Shown here: piece by piece, positions 1-14,326 of the stretch
Numbering within the stretch: position 1 is the stretch's first letter
Layout: each line of letters opens with the position of its first letter
DNA from: Octopus vulgaris
Taxonomy: Eukaryota
Assembly (NCBI GenBank): GCA_951406725.2
Contig: OX597843.1
Coordinates: forward strand, 3,038,001-3,102,000
Direction: 5' to 3'
Length of the DNA stretch: 64,000 nt
Made by a program: the position numbers and the translations under genes
Notes under the pieces: model-generated
Told to the model about the DNA's origin: nothing
What the model saw: only the letters and a program-made list of their open reading frames with translations
Database searches by the model: none

Positions 1-480
1 ATATACATATATATATGCATCTATATATATACTAGGGGTGCTGAAAAGTTCCAGGATTTGAGTATATATGTGTGTGCGTATATATATATGTGTGTGTGTC
101 TCTGTGTGTCTGTGTATGTGTGTGTGTAGAAAAGGACAACACGATTCACTGAGCGAGAATTGTTTGAATTCTGGACATTAAAGTACATAGTAGGTTAACA
201 GATGAGTAAATAAATAAATAAAAGCAATTTTGATGTGGTTTTAGATGTTTATTTGTGTGTAATGCGGCTTCTAATGTGACGTATATATATTTAAGTATGG
301 AAGCACAAAAATGCATCCATCTGAGTACGAATAAATATGATATATATGTATACGTTCGAATTTGTATATATGGCTGCCATATTTGTTGATATATATATAT
401 ACATATAAATATGTGCACGTGAGTGTGTGGGTTTGCGTGTGTCTGTGTGTGTATACATGTTTTGCAAATTTTATATACAC

Positions 481-1233
481 TTTTTACTCACTCTTCTACT
501 TGTTTCAGTCATTTTACTGCGGCCATGCTGGAGCACCGCCTTTTAGTCGAGCAAATCGACCCCGGGACTTATTCTTTGTAAGCCCAGTACTTATTCTATC
601 GGTCTCTTTTTGCCTAACCGCTAAGTAACGGAGACGTAAAGACACCAGCATCGGTTGTCAAGGATTGCTAGGGGGACAAACACAGACACACAAACATATA
701 CACACACACTTATATATATACACATATATACGACAGGCTTCTTTCAGTTTCCGTCTACCAAATCCACTCACAAGGCATTGGTCGGCCCGGGGCTATAGCA
801 GGAGACACTTGCCCAAGATGCCACGCAGTGGGACTGAACCCGGAACCATGTGGTTGGTAAGCAAGCTACTTACCACACAGCCACTCCTGCGCCTATATAT
901 ATATATATATATACATATATACGACAGGCTTCTTTCAGTTTCCGTCTACCAAATCCACTCACAAGGCATTGGTTTGCCCGGGGCTATAGCAGGAGACACT
1001 TGCCCAAGATGCCACGCAGTGGGACTGAACCTGGAACCATGTGGTTGGTAAGCAAGCTACTTACCACACAGCCACTCCTGCGCCTATATATATATTTATA
1101 CATATATACGACAGGCTTCTTTCAGTTTCCGTCTACCAAATCCACTCACAAGGCATTGGTCGGCCCGGGGCTATAGCAGAAGACACTTGCCCAAGGTGCC
1201 ACGCCGTGGGACTGAACCACACAGCCACTCCTA
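481..1233 (-). mobile_element. tRNA-derived SINE family A: full copy (481-894) plus two tandem head copies
   Basis: Reverse strand shows A-box TGGCTGTGTGG, B-box-like GGTTCAGTCCC, a CORE-like CTTGGGCAAGTG, an internal (TA/TG)n tract and a degenerate version of the family's GTAAAAGA tail. More than 15 near-identical copies in the window. Confidence 0.85.
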
Positions 1234-1275
1234 TGCATTTTTACAGCTTATTTATTACATACATATCTATCTATC

Positions 1276-1332
<57 letters not shown>

Positions 1333-1532
1333 ACATACACACACGTGCGTGCATAATTTGTTTTTTATTTAATTTTCTATATTTACATGCATTTATCTAT
1401 GAATGTCCACTGTGTTATAGATATATATTTTTACACATTTGTCCATAAATATATAAGCACACACACACGAACACGCATAATCAAACATTAAAAGACGCAC
1501 ACAAACACACATATATATATACATATATATAT

Positions 1533-1686
<154 letters not shown>

Positions 1687-1911
1687 ACACATATACATAT
1701 TGGTACATCCAAACACATATATGCTCAAACATACAATCACATATATCCATATATACACACATACACACATATATACTCACACATATATTCATACACACAC
1801 ACACACACGCGCGCGCGCGCGCGCGCATATCTCGCGCAGATATTAACAGACAACCGAATTGATATATCACCTCGGGGCCATAATTGTATTCTTCTGATTA
1901 CAATTACTACA

Positions 1912-2499
<588 letters not shown>

Positions 2500-2729
2500 T
2501 ATTTATGATAATTATTTTTAGAGATTATTATTATTATAAGTTTCGTTATTATTATTATTGTTATTACTATAATTATTGTTGTTATTGTTGTTGTTGTTGT
2601 TGTTGTTGCTAATATCATTGTTGTTTACCGTTCATTAAACTGACAATTAATTTTATAAACGTTAATTAGTATTCGATTTTCCAGAGTTTAACTGGCGTTA
2701 AATATGCACAGCATAGCGTAGCATGTCAC

Positions 2730-2830
2730 GTGTTATGCGTATATACACTAATATATACATATGTGTGTGTATGTGTGTATGTATATATATATATATATAT
2801 ACATATATATATACATATATATATATATAC

Positions 2831-2903
<73 letters not shown>

Positions 2904-3087
2904 TATATACATATATATATATATACATACATATATATATACATACATATATATATATACATATGTATATACATATATATATACATACATATGTATATAC
3001 ATATATATACATATATACATATATACATATATATAAATATATATATATATACATATATACATATATATATGTATGCATATACATATA

Positions 3088-3146
<59 letters not shown>

Positions 3147-3150
3147 TTGT
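2730..3150. repeat. (TA)n/(TACA)n microsatellite
   Basis: Directly visible. Confidence 0.95.
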
Positions 3151-3346
3151 ATGTATGTATTAATTTATGAAGTATAAATATAAGTACCCAATATTTGAAG
3201 GTAATTAGATAATTGGTTCAATTAATGACAACACAACACGTATGTATGCACTTATAAGTGTGTGTGGGGGTGGGTGGGATGTAGTTGTGTTTATACGGTG
3301 TCTAAATGGAAAGAGGGGGAATAATGATGGAGACAGACAGACAGAC

Positions 3347-3389
<43 letters not shown>

Positions 3390-3420
3390 CAGATAGACAG
3401 ACAGACAGATAGACAGATAA

Positions 3421-3879
3421 AGGCGGCGAGCTGGCAGAATCGTTAGCACGCCGGGCGAAATGCGTAGGCGTATTTCGTCTGCCGTTACGTTCCGAGTTCA
3501 AATTTCGCCGAGGACAGACAAACGGATTAAGTCGATTACATCGACCCCAGTGCGTAACTGGTACTTAATTTATCGACCCCGAAAGGATGAAAGGCAAAGT
3601 CGACCTCGGCGGAATTTGAACTCAGAACGTAGCTACAGACGAAATACATATTTCTTTACTACCCACAAGGGGCTAAACACAGAGAGGACAAACAAGGACA
3701 GACATAGGTATTAAGTCGATTATATCGACTCCAGTTCGTAACTGGTACTTATTTAATCGTCCCCGAAAGGATGAAAGGCAAAGTGGAATCGGGGGAATTT
3801 GAACTCAGAACCTAACGCAGACGAAATACCGCTAAGTATTTCGGCCGGCCTACTAACGTTTGTACCAGCTTGCCGCCTT
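3421..3879. mobile_element. SINE family B rearranged cluster (+ strand head joined to tandem - strand bodies and head)
   Basis: Head AGGCGGCGAGCTGGCAGAATCG...GAGTTCAAAT on +. Conserved body GCCTTTCATCCTTTCGGGGTCGATAAATTAAGTACCAG on -. Confidence 0.8.
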
Positions 3880-3884
3880 GATAA

Positions 3885-4833
3885 ATGCATACCATCCTTG
3901 CTACAGTCACCCACCTTTATTGAAATTTTCATTAGACAAAACGTCCTTGTCTTCTCTCGCCTTCCTTTTCAAGAGATACTTGAAAAAGTTGATGAGGGGT
4001 TGGCCAGAGAGGAAAGTGTTTGCCTGTAAGCCTTTCAAACGAGTCCACCATGCACATTCATTCGTCATAGCCACCAGTACGTCACGTGACCCCACACGTG
4101 ACAGCAGCCGTTTGACACAGGCCCACAGGTCTGAAATATTTGGACAATGCACGAGTGCGTGCAGAACAGTTTCGTTGTTCTGACCGCATCTTGGGAAGGT
4201 CGGTTCGGTGTTTCTTGAACCGTATCTGTAGACCTTATCTCGAACAGGCAATGCTCCGCGATAGCACTGCCAAGCCAGGGATCTCTGGAAATTGTCCATA
4301 GGTCTTGGCCCGAAATTGGTCCTGAAAAAGTGATTTAGGTGTTCCTCGTCGACGCCCAGAGTCTCCCTAAGAAAGTCGTCGTACCTACCTTCTACAGAAC
4401 GCCTCTATAGAACGCCTTGGTGGATTTGAAGTCACACAAGTTTGAACCCGGATGGCAGGGATGCTAGAGAGCATGGCGAAACTCGCGGTGCCATTTGCCC
4501 AGCCTCGGTCTCTGCTTGATCCATGATTCTTGATCCATGATTGCAGTTCGGACAATCAGACGAGCTGCGGAAAAGTGCGTCCCACAAACGGCGACCACAC
4601 CTGCTCACCGTCTTCTATGAAACGCTGAATGTGTCGCAGTCTCAGCGCATGCTTGTGCATCATCAACAATGGCACCCCAAGCCCTTCATTTAGCAGATGT
4701 TGACAGCAAATGGATCGCCTGGCCATCGGAACGCTTCACTTCCACAAAAACGGAAGAGTATGTGTTCCAGTTTGATGATGGTAGGGTCGGGACAAAACAT
4801 AACGGTTAGACAGTAGTAGATGACGGATGCGAT
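3885..4833 (-). mobile_element. Tx1/L1-clade LINE ORF2 3' fragment (zinc-knuckle region), decayed
   Basis: Peptide MDNFQRSLAWQCYRGALPVRDK...PRCGQNNETVLHALVHCP resembles the zf-RVT region. Paralogous to 25335-25858 and 50777-52075. Confidence 0.8.
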
Positions 4834-4857
4834 GTACACACACACACACACACACAT

Positions 4858-4920
<63 letters not shown>

Positions 4921-4924
<4 letters not shown>

Positions 4925-5859
4925 AAAATGAGAAAATGGAGAAATATATCTAAATCATTCATCAACTATCAAATAATACCGAATCATATACTTTATTAAA
5001 ACACTACACAAGAGTATTAAGATTAGACATTAATACAGTACAATAATTACAATCAATATAATGGGATATAACTAAATAAATATAACAAGATATAAAAATA
5101 CATATACATTATAACTGACAGCTGTTTCGGCCACGCAGATAGGTATGTCTCATTTAACCTATATTAGCCATATACTATGGTGGTATTTATTGTTCTTCAG
5201 TGTTGCTACTATGTTGTTAATTGTGAGATATATGTATTGTTTGATTAGTAATGATGTTGTTAGTATAGCATTATTGACTTTTTGTAAAGTAACACAAATT
5301 AATATATTGAACTGTTTACTATATATGTCTGCATCAAGGATGAATATATCTGTTGTAATTTCTTAATATTGGTTGAGGAACTGTAACATTCAATATAGAA
5401 CATTATTATGTTTATTGATATATATTGATTTATATTATTTATATTATTATGTATGTGTATATGTGTATATATATAAGGATATGAGTATATATGCACTCAT
5501 ATTTATATGTATATGTAAATGATTTTTGGGTATGTACTCATACTTACATTAGAATCTCCGAAAAGGCCGTAAGATATCTTTGTTAATGTCTCATTTATAC
5601 CTGCAATATATGGCTAATATAGGTTAAATGAGACATACCTATCTGCATGGCCGAAACAGCTGTCAGTTATAATGTATATGTATTTTTATATCTTGTTATA
5701 TTTATTTAGTTATATCTCATTATATTGATTGTAATTATTGTACTGTATTAATGTCTAATCTTAATGCTCTTGTGTAGTGTTTTAATAAAGTATATGATTC
5801 GGTATTATCTGATAGTTGATGAATGATTTAGATATATTTCTCCATTTTCTCATTTTGTA
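4921..5859. repeat. About 255-bp near-perfect inverted repeat (4921-5175 / 5607-5859), Penelope-like
   Basis: Arms are reverse complements with few mismatches. The element starts at a (TA)n tract and carries a hammerhead-like motif. Confidence 0.85.
5545..5676 (+). ncRNA. Degenerate type-I hammerhead ribozyme with long stem II
   Basis: TACATTAGAATCT-CCGAAAA-GGCC..ATGTCTCATTTA..TAAATGAGACAT..GGCC-GAAAC-AGCT-GTC-AGTTATAATGTA. Core has U4C and G8A changes. Confidence 0.55.
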
Positions 5860-6124
5860 TTATTAATTTATGGTAAAAATAATTTTACCTTTGCCCACCT
5901 AATACAGTAAATGAATTAATTGCATCGCAATTCTTAACATTTATGTATTAGCTTTGTTGGGTGCTTCACTAGCAGTATATTGGATATATGTTATCTCATG
6001 GAGGGTTGCACTTACAACCCCTATCCCAATTTATATATATATATATTATATTATTTGATATTATTTGATAGTTGATGAATGATTTAGACGCTCGAATCGA
6101 TCTAATTAATTGCATTTCTGACAA

Positions 6125-6200
6125 ACTCTACCGAAGATTTATGGATGCAAGTGTAAGTAAAACTACATATTGCATTAGTAATGAAACAATTGTATAGAGT
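6125..6200 (+). ncRNA. Minimal type-I hammerhead ribozyme, CCGAAGA (U4C) core
   Basis: ACTCTA-CCGAAGA-[stem II ATGCAA..TTGCAT]-GAAAC-AATT-GTA-TAGAGT. Perfect 6-bp stem I and palindromic loop 3. Confidence 0.7.
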
Positions 6201-6444
6201 CAATCTATTTTATTCGTTGTATTTCACTTTCCTTCAGTTAAATGTGTGTTGATTCTAGTTGGAAACGGATCTTCTGTGGTTGCTTCGGAGCTATTTTTAG
6301 CACTAGAGTTATCCACATAGTGGATAACTCTCTAATAATTTATGTATAAATTTGTATTTTCTCCGTAGTTTTTTGTGCTAAGCCACTTGGTGTTAAATTG
6401 ATGGTATTATTAAATTAATATCGATTTTTCACCCTCATTTATAA

Positions 6445-6446
<2 letters not shown>

Positions 6447-6507
<61 letters not shown>

Positions 6508-6589
6508 ATGTATGTATGTATGTATGTATGTATGTATGTATGTATGTATGTATGTATTTATGTATGTATGTATGTATTTATGTATATAT

Positions 6590-6683
<94 letters not shown>
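6447..6683. repeat. Compound (TA)n-(TATG)n-(TAGA)n microsatellite
   Basis: Directly visible. Confidence 0.95.
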
Positions 6684-6685
<2 letters not shown>

Positions 6686-6819
6686 GAAAGTTGGTTTGTG
6701 AAAGCATGTGGTTGAATATATAGAAAATAACTTGGAGATCGATTTCACGAGGAGGATGTTCCGTTGGTAGAATCAACTGAAACACTTGTCGTGGTAACCG
6801 AACGAATTGGTGAAGAGGA

Positions 6820-7059
6820 TGAGAGGAAGGAAGGATGGAGGGAGGAGGAGATGGAGGAGAGGGATGGGGGGAGGGAGAGGGGAGGGACTGAGAGAGGGAG
6901 GCCGAAAGAAATAAAGAAAGAAAGAAAGAATAAAGGAGGAAGGAAGGAAGGAAGGAAGGAAGGAAAAGAAAACAAGAAGAATGAAAAAAGGTAAGAATGA
7001 AAGAAACATAGAAAAAGAGAAGACAAGAAGAAATACTTCACAAATGAAGGAAGGAAGGA

Positions 7060-7103
<44 letters not shown>

Positions 7104-7540
7104 AGGCAAGTAGGAGAAAGAAGGAAAGAAGTAATGAATGAACAATAGATGGAGTAAAAGGGAGGAATAAACCCAAGAAAAATAAAGAAAAATAAGGAAA
7201 GAAAGAATGTAAAATGAAAGAAGGGTAAAAGGGAAAGAGAAGAAACAAAAACGAAATAAAGAAGAACAATGAATGAAAAACAAAGAAAAAAGAAAGAAAG
7301 AAAGAAAGGAAAGAAAGAGAGAAAGAAAGAAAGAAAGATACAATCAAGGCGAAAGAAAGAAAGAAAGAAAGAAAAGAGAAGAAAGAAAGAAAGAAAGAAA
7401 GAAAGGAAAGAAAGAGAGAAAGAAAGAAAGAAAGAAAGAAAGATACAATCAAGGCGAAAGAAAGAAAGAAAGAAAGAAAAGAAAAGAAAAGAAAGAAAGA
7501 AAGAAAGCGTATACAAAACAAAAGGAAGGAGAATGAGTGA
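6820..7540. repeat. Purine-rich (GAAA)n low-complexity tract
   Basis: Directly visible. Includes the GATACAATCAAGG module also repeated at 11930-12770. Confidence 0.9.
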
Positions 7541-7715
7541 ATAATAAAAATCGATTAAGCATGAAGACTTAACAGAATGGAATAATTTTTTAATGAGGGG
7601 GGGAACGGGGTGTGGGATGGCGAAGGTCGGGAGGCGGTGGTTGTGGGGTGGGGGGGGGGGTTGAACGAGTTAATTAATGAAGGATAACTAGCAAAGAAAA
7701 AAATTATATATATAC

Positions 7716-7749
<34 letters not shown>

Positions 7750-7900
7750 GTATGTATGTGTATATATATATGTATATATATGTGTATATATATATATGTA
7801 TATATATATATGTATATATATATATCTATATGTGTGTGTATATATACAAACACACACATATAAACATTTGTATATACATATGCCTGTGAGTAGAACATAG

Positions 7901-7932
<32 letters not shown>

Positions 7933-8120
7933 CACTATGTCCTACTCACAGTCATATGTATATACAAATGTATATACAAATGTATATATATATATATGTG
8001 TGTGTGTGTATTATATATATATATAATTTTTTCTTTTGCTAGTTATATGCATACACACACATACATTACATATATACGTATATATATTTATACACATACA
8101 TATATACATACATGCATATA

Positions 8121-8173
<53 letters not shown>

Positions 8174-8446
8174 GTATGTCTCTATGTATATAATATCTAT
8201 ACAAAAGTATATACACACATGTAAAAATACTTGTACAAATAAACATACATCCATGGGCATATACGTAATCATACACTCATACATACATAAACATACACAT
8301 ACATCTACGCATGCATATACACAGATGCAAATATACGCATGCTGGCATATATTTATATACACATATACACACAAATGAACATATATATACATATACATAC
8401 ATGTATAAACACATGCGTACATATACAAATACATACTCATATACAG

Positions 8447-8541
<95 letters not shown>

Positions 8542-8588
8542 ATACATACAGCTTGTATACATATGTGCATATAGCTTGCACACATATA

Positions 8589-8634
<46 letters not shown>

Positions 8635-8684
8635 GTAAAGAGTGTATATAAAAACAGAACTGATGAAAGATCTGCAAAAAGCAG

Positions 8685-8750
8685 CAACGAAGATGGCGAG
8701 CGAAACTACGGGATTGTCACGTGACCGGAAACGGAAGTCGGTGGCTTGCA
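8685..8750. promoter_or_regulatory. CpG-rich promoter-like motif cluster (YY1-like, E-box, two ETS-like)
   Basis: AAGATGGCG 8690-8698, palindromic GTCACGTGAC 8716-8725, CCGGAA 8725-8730 and CGGAAGT 8732-8738 in a short unique patch between microsatellites. Confidence 0.5.
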
Positions 8751-8877
8751 AACACAAATTCAGAATCTTCCTTTAGTCTCTCTCTGTGTTTTTATCTTTT
8801 CTTTTCTTTTCTTTTACAATTACATTATCTCTTCTTTCTTTCGGTTTTTCTACCCTCTCTCTCTCTCTCCATCGCCT

Positions 8878-8912
<35 letters not shown>

Positions 8913-8913
8913 T

Positions 8914-8944
<31 letters not shown>

Positions 8945-9056
8945 CTCTCTCTCTCTCTTTCTCTTTTTCCTTTCCTTCTTGTCTCCAGTTTTCTCGTCTG
9001 CGTCTTTCATTCTCAATCAATTTTTCTCACTCGATCTTTTTCGGTTTATCTCTCGT

Positions 9057-9087
<31 letters not shown>

Positions 9088-9253
9088 TTATCTCTATCCT
9101 ACGCTCTCTTTCTTTCTCTCTCTCTCTCTCTCTCTTTATATATATATGTCTGTATTTGCACACACACACACATGTACGTCTGTATATATGTATACCTGTA
9201 TATAAATATATATATATATGTATATATATATATATTGTATATTACATATAAAG

Positions 9254-9294
<41 letters not shown>

Positions 9295-9423
9295 GATGGC
9301 TGTGTATGTCTTTCTCTCCCCGTATCTGTATATACGTATACCTGTATACATACATGTATGTATACCTGTATATAAATATATATATTGTATTTTACATATA
9401 AAGATTTATACATATATACATAC

Positions 9424-9484
<61 letters not shown>

Positions 9485-9804
9485 CATATATATATACACA
9501 TATATACACACATATAGATGGCTGTATATGTCTTTCTCTCTCCTTTTCACTTTTCTTTCTTTTTTTTTTCATCTTACAATAGAAACGCGTTTTCTTAATT
9601 TTATTTCTTCTTCTTACAATCTTTCCTTTCTTATTTCCTTCTCTCTACCCCCCTCCCTCCCCTCCTCCTCCCTCCCTCTCTCTCTTGTTTTTTTTTTCTC
9701 CCTCACGTATATATACACGCATTGCCATAGCAATTTCTTGAATGAAATGTGATTGAGTTGAAATTATTGTCGTCTTCTTCTTCTTCATCGATGTCGTTGC
9801 TGCT

Positions 9805-9806
9805 GC

Positions 9807-9862
<56 letters not shown>

Positions 9863-10180
9863 GTGGTGATGATGGTGATGGTGGTGATGATGATGGTGGT
9901 GATGATGATGAGGATGATAATGATGATGATGAAGATGATTGTAGTGATGATGATGATGATGAAGATGATGATGATGAAGATGATGATGATGATGAGGATG
10001 ATGGTGGTGATGATGATGATGATGAAGATGATGATGATGAAGATGATGATGATGATGAGGATGATGGTGGTGATGATGATGATGATGAAGATGATGATGA
10101 TGAAGATGATGATGATGATGATAATGACGATGATGAAGATGATGATGATGATGATGATGATGTTGATGATGATGATGATG
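9805..10180. repeat. (GAT)n microsatellite
   Basis: Directly visible. Confidence 0.95.
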
Positions 10181-10184
10181 CCGT

Positions 10185-10812
10185 TGTTGTTGAGCGAACG
10201 GTCTTCGTCCCAGAGTTCGCAAGGTGGGAGGAGTCCGAAACGTGGTCCTTTGCTATTCGTAAGACCCACAGAAGAGAGAAAGCAGGTCAACCCCCAACAC
10301 CGAGAGCATCGATGGATGGATGGATGAATGCGCATCCAAGCTCAGCGGTTGCGTAGCAAGTCGGGGACAAGAAACAGAAAGAAAGAGTGAAAGAAAGTTG
10401 GGGGCGAAAGAGTACAACAGGGTACAAGAGTCCGCTACCCTAACCATTGAGCCATTGCGCCTCCACTTGTTGTTGCTGTTGAGTGAAGCGGTCTTCGTCC
10501 CAGAGTGGGAGAAGTCCGAAACGTGGTCCTTTGCTATTCATAAGACCCGCAGAAGAGAAAGCAGTTCCCACCCCCTGCCGGAGCCTCGTGGAGTTTTATG
10601 TGTTTTCGCTCAATAAACACACACAATGCCCGGTCTGGGAATCGAAACCGCGATCCTCCGACCTCGAGTCCGCTGCCCTAACTATTGGGCCATTGCGCCT
10701 ACACTTGCTGATGTTTGTTGAGCGAACGGTCTTCGTCCCAGAGCTCGCAAGGTGGGAGAAGTCCGAAACGTGGTCCTTTGCTATTCGTAAGACCCGCGGA
10801 AGAGAAAGCAGG
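10185..10812 (-). mobile_element. tRNA-derived SINE family C, three internally deleted tandem copies
   Basis: Reverse strand head GGAGGCGCAATGGC..GGTTAGGG..GGTTTCGATTCCC. Tail ..GCAAAGGACCACGTTTCGGAC..GGGACGAAGACCG repeated three times. Confidence 0.8.
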
Positions 10813-11899
10813 TTAAATAAAGAAAGAAATGAAGAAGCATGAAAGAAAAGTCCAAAGCGAAAAAGAAAGTATAACTGGATTGACGAATAAGTGAATGAAT
10901 TAATAAATTAATTAAATAAACAAGTATACGAATCAGTTAACGAACGAGAAAAGAAAGAAAAGAATGAACGAGGAGCCTAAAGGAAAAAGAATACACAATT
11001 CGCAGAGAAAAATATATGAATGAAGGAGAAAATGAGAAATGATATAAGGGCTCTAAAGAAAGAAACGGAGTGTAAAGGAACTAGCGAATGATTTAATTAA
11101 TTAATTAAGAAACGAGTATACGAAGAAGGAATGAACGAAACAAAGCAATAAGAATGAAAAAAGAACCTAGAGAAAAGAAGGTCGTACAGATGCGAAAAGG
11201 AAATATCAATTGACTGACGAACAATTGAACGAGTTAATTAATAAATAAATACGCGAATGAATGAGCGAACGAAAACAAGGAGAAAATAAAATGAGAATGA
11301 AAGAAGATGCCGAAGAAAATTGGAAGTGTAAATTAATTGAGTCCAAGCGAATGAGTTAATGAATTAATTAAACAATAAATATTGAAATGAAGAACGAACG
11401 AACCGGAATGAAAGAGTGTGAAGAAAAATCGAATGAGTGAACGAGTCAATAAATTGATTGATAAGCAATAAATATAGGAAGGAAGAAAGAAGGAAATACA
11501 GAAAAGAAAAAGTAATGAAAGTAGAACGAACACGAAAGAAGGAAGAAATGAAGTGACGAATGAGTGAAGGAGTTGATGAATTAATCAATATGCACGAACG
11601 AATGATGCAAGAATGAACGAAAGAAAAAGAGAAGAAAATAACATTTTGTGAAAGAGCCTAAAGAAAAAGGATGCACACATCCGAAAAGAGAGTGTGAATG
11701 CATTGGTGAATGAATGAATGAATGAATTGACGAATGCACGAACGAGTGAATGAATTAAGCAATAAACTATTATATGAATAAATGAATGAATGAATGAATG
11801 AATGAAGAAAGAGAGAAGAAAACGAGATATAATGAAAGATCTTTAAAAAAGGACAAACAAACGAAATGAACGAACGAATGAGTCAACTAATGAGGTTAA

Positions 11900-12830
11900 T
11901 ATATTAAGAAAGAAAGAAAGAAAGAAAGAAAGAATCAAAGAAATAAAGAAAGATACAACCAAGGAGAAAGAAAGAAAGAAAGAAAGAAAGGAAGAAAGAA
12001 CGAAAGAAAGAAAGAAAGAAAGAAAGATACAATCAAGGAGAAAGAAAGAAAGAAAGAAAGATACAACCAAAGAGAAAGAAAGAAGAAAGAAAGAACGAAA
12101 GAAAGGAAGAAGGAAAGAAAGATACAATCAAGGAGAAAGAAAGAAAAAAGAAAGAACGAAAGAAAGAAAGAAAGACGCGAATGAACTATAGGACGAAACG
12201 TGAAGAAAACAAAATAGAGTGAAGGAGACCCCCTCCCCCCCCAAAGAAAGACACACAGACATGAACAGAAAGTATGAATGAACTGAGGAATGAGCGAACG
12301 AGTTAGTAAATTAATTGATGAACAAACCAAGCAAAATACAAATGAAGAAGAGAAAGAGCGAATGAACAAAAAAGAAAGAAAACAACACAGAACGAAAGAT
12401 AGGGTCCTAACGTAAGCCTCCCCCAAAAAACAAAAAATAAATAAATAAAAAGAAAAAAGAAAGAGAGAAAGAAAGAACGAAAGAAAGAAAGATACAATCA
12501 AGGAGAAAGAAAGAAAAAGAAAGAAAGAAAGAAAGGAAAGAAAGAAAGAAAGATACAATCAATGAGAAAGAAAGAAAAAGAAAGAAAGATACAATCAAGG
12601 AGAAAGCAAGAAAAAAGAAAGAAAGAAAGGAAGAAATATACAATCAAGGAGAAAGAAAAAAGAAAGAACGAAAGAAAGAAAGGAAAGAAAGAAAGAAAGA
12701 AAGAAAGATACAATCAATGAGAAAGAAAGAAAAAGAAAGAAAGATACAATCAAGGAGAAAGAAAGAAAACAACACAGAACGAAAGATAGGGTCCAAACGT
12801 AAATAAATAAATAAATAAACAAAAAAGAAA
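11900..12830. repeat. (GAAA)n-based minisatellite with recurring GATACAATCAAGGAG module
   Basis: Module recurs about 10 times, separated by variable GAAA runs. Confidence 0.85.
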
Positions 12831-12904
12831 GAGAGAGGAAGGGGGGAAGAGAGAGAGAGAAAGAAAGAATGAGAGAAAGAACGAGAGACGAACAGACAGA
12901 ATTT

Positions 12905-13085
12905 CTGAAAGCAAAATACCGCCGTGTGCACCCGTGCAATGCCTGGCAACACGTCCCCATTATGGTCGGTGGTGAAGGTCAGCTTTGATATGAAACTGAG
13001 ACGGAATTTAGCTGCAACCGGAAGTCGTTCGCACAATATCGCTACATTGAGGATTGCCACAATTTCGCCGCCATTTTGCCTCATT
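12905..13085 (-). promoter_or_regulatory. Promoter/first-exon-like unique CpG patch (YY1 and ETS motifs, possible MGTCC start)
   Basis: GCCGCCATTTT 13067-13077 (YY1 consensus) and CCGGAAGT 13018-13025. Minus-strand ATG at 12960 gives MGTCCQALHGCTR, followed by a possible donor CG|GTATTT at 12919. Confidence 0.45.
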
Positions 13086-13739
13086 TCTTCTCTCTTTTTT
13101 TTTTTTTTTCAATTCAATTTTTACCGATTTTTTTTTTCTCTTGTTTTTTTTCTGTTTTATAATCGTCTTTTCTGTTGTTGTTGTTGTTGTTGTTTTGATG
13201 TTCATGGTGGTGGTGGTGCTGGTGGTGGTGGTGGTGCTGGTGGTGGTGCTGGTTGTGAGAGTGCTATGGTGGTTTGATGGTTGGAGGAGATTTTGTACTT
13301 TGGTGGTGGTGGTGGTGGTTGTGGTGGTGGTGATGGTGGTTGTGGTGGTAGGAGGAGATTTTGTACTTTGGTGGTGGTGGTTGTGGTGGTGGTGATGGTG
13401 GTGTGATGGTAGGAGGAGATTTTGTATTTTGGTGGTGGTGGTGGTGGTGGTGGTGGTGGTGGGTGGTGGTGGTGGTGGTGGTAGTGTGATGGTAGGAGGA
13501 GAGTTTGTATCTCTTCTTTGTACAGCAGTTATGCATACGTGTGTAGTTCTGTACGTGCGCGGGTGAAAGTGTGTGTGTGTGTGTGTATGCATGTGTGTAT
13601 GTGTGTATGTGTGTATGTGTGAATGTGTGTATGCATGTGTGTGCGCACTAGCGTTTGTGTAGGAGCGTGTGTGTAAGGCTATGGAGATATGATGGGTCTA
13701 TGGCCTGCCTGCGCATGGGTGGGACTGTATCAAGAGACA

Positions 13740-14226
<487 letters not shown>

Positions 14227-14326
14227 CACATGCATCCATATACACACACGTACTTATCTATAGATTAAAACATAATTATACAATATCTATAAATGTGTGT
14301 ACGTATATATACATACATATACATAC

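Noticed and set aside
665-1448. Recurrent peptides such as [29 protein letters not shown] suggesting a gene family
   Set aside because: These are antisense translations of SINE family A.
6690-6820. Possible minus-strand terminal exon (..SVDSTNGTSSS*)
   Set aside because: No clear acceptor, no recognisable domain, and the phase does not fit the candidate first exon at 12960.
8660-8720. CTGATGA...GAAAC hammerhead-like spacing
   Set aside because: No stem I pairing and no convincing stem II closure.
9721-9734. RFX X-box-like palindrome ATTGCCATAGCAAT
   Set aside because: Isolated motif with mismatched terminal bases and no supporting context.
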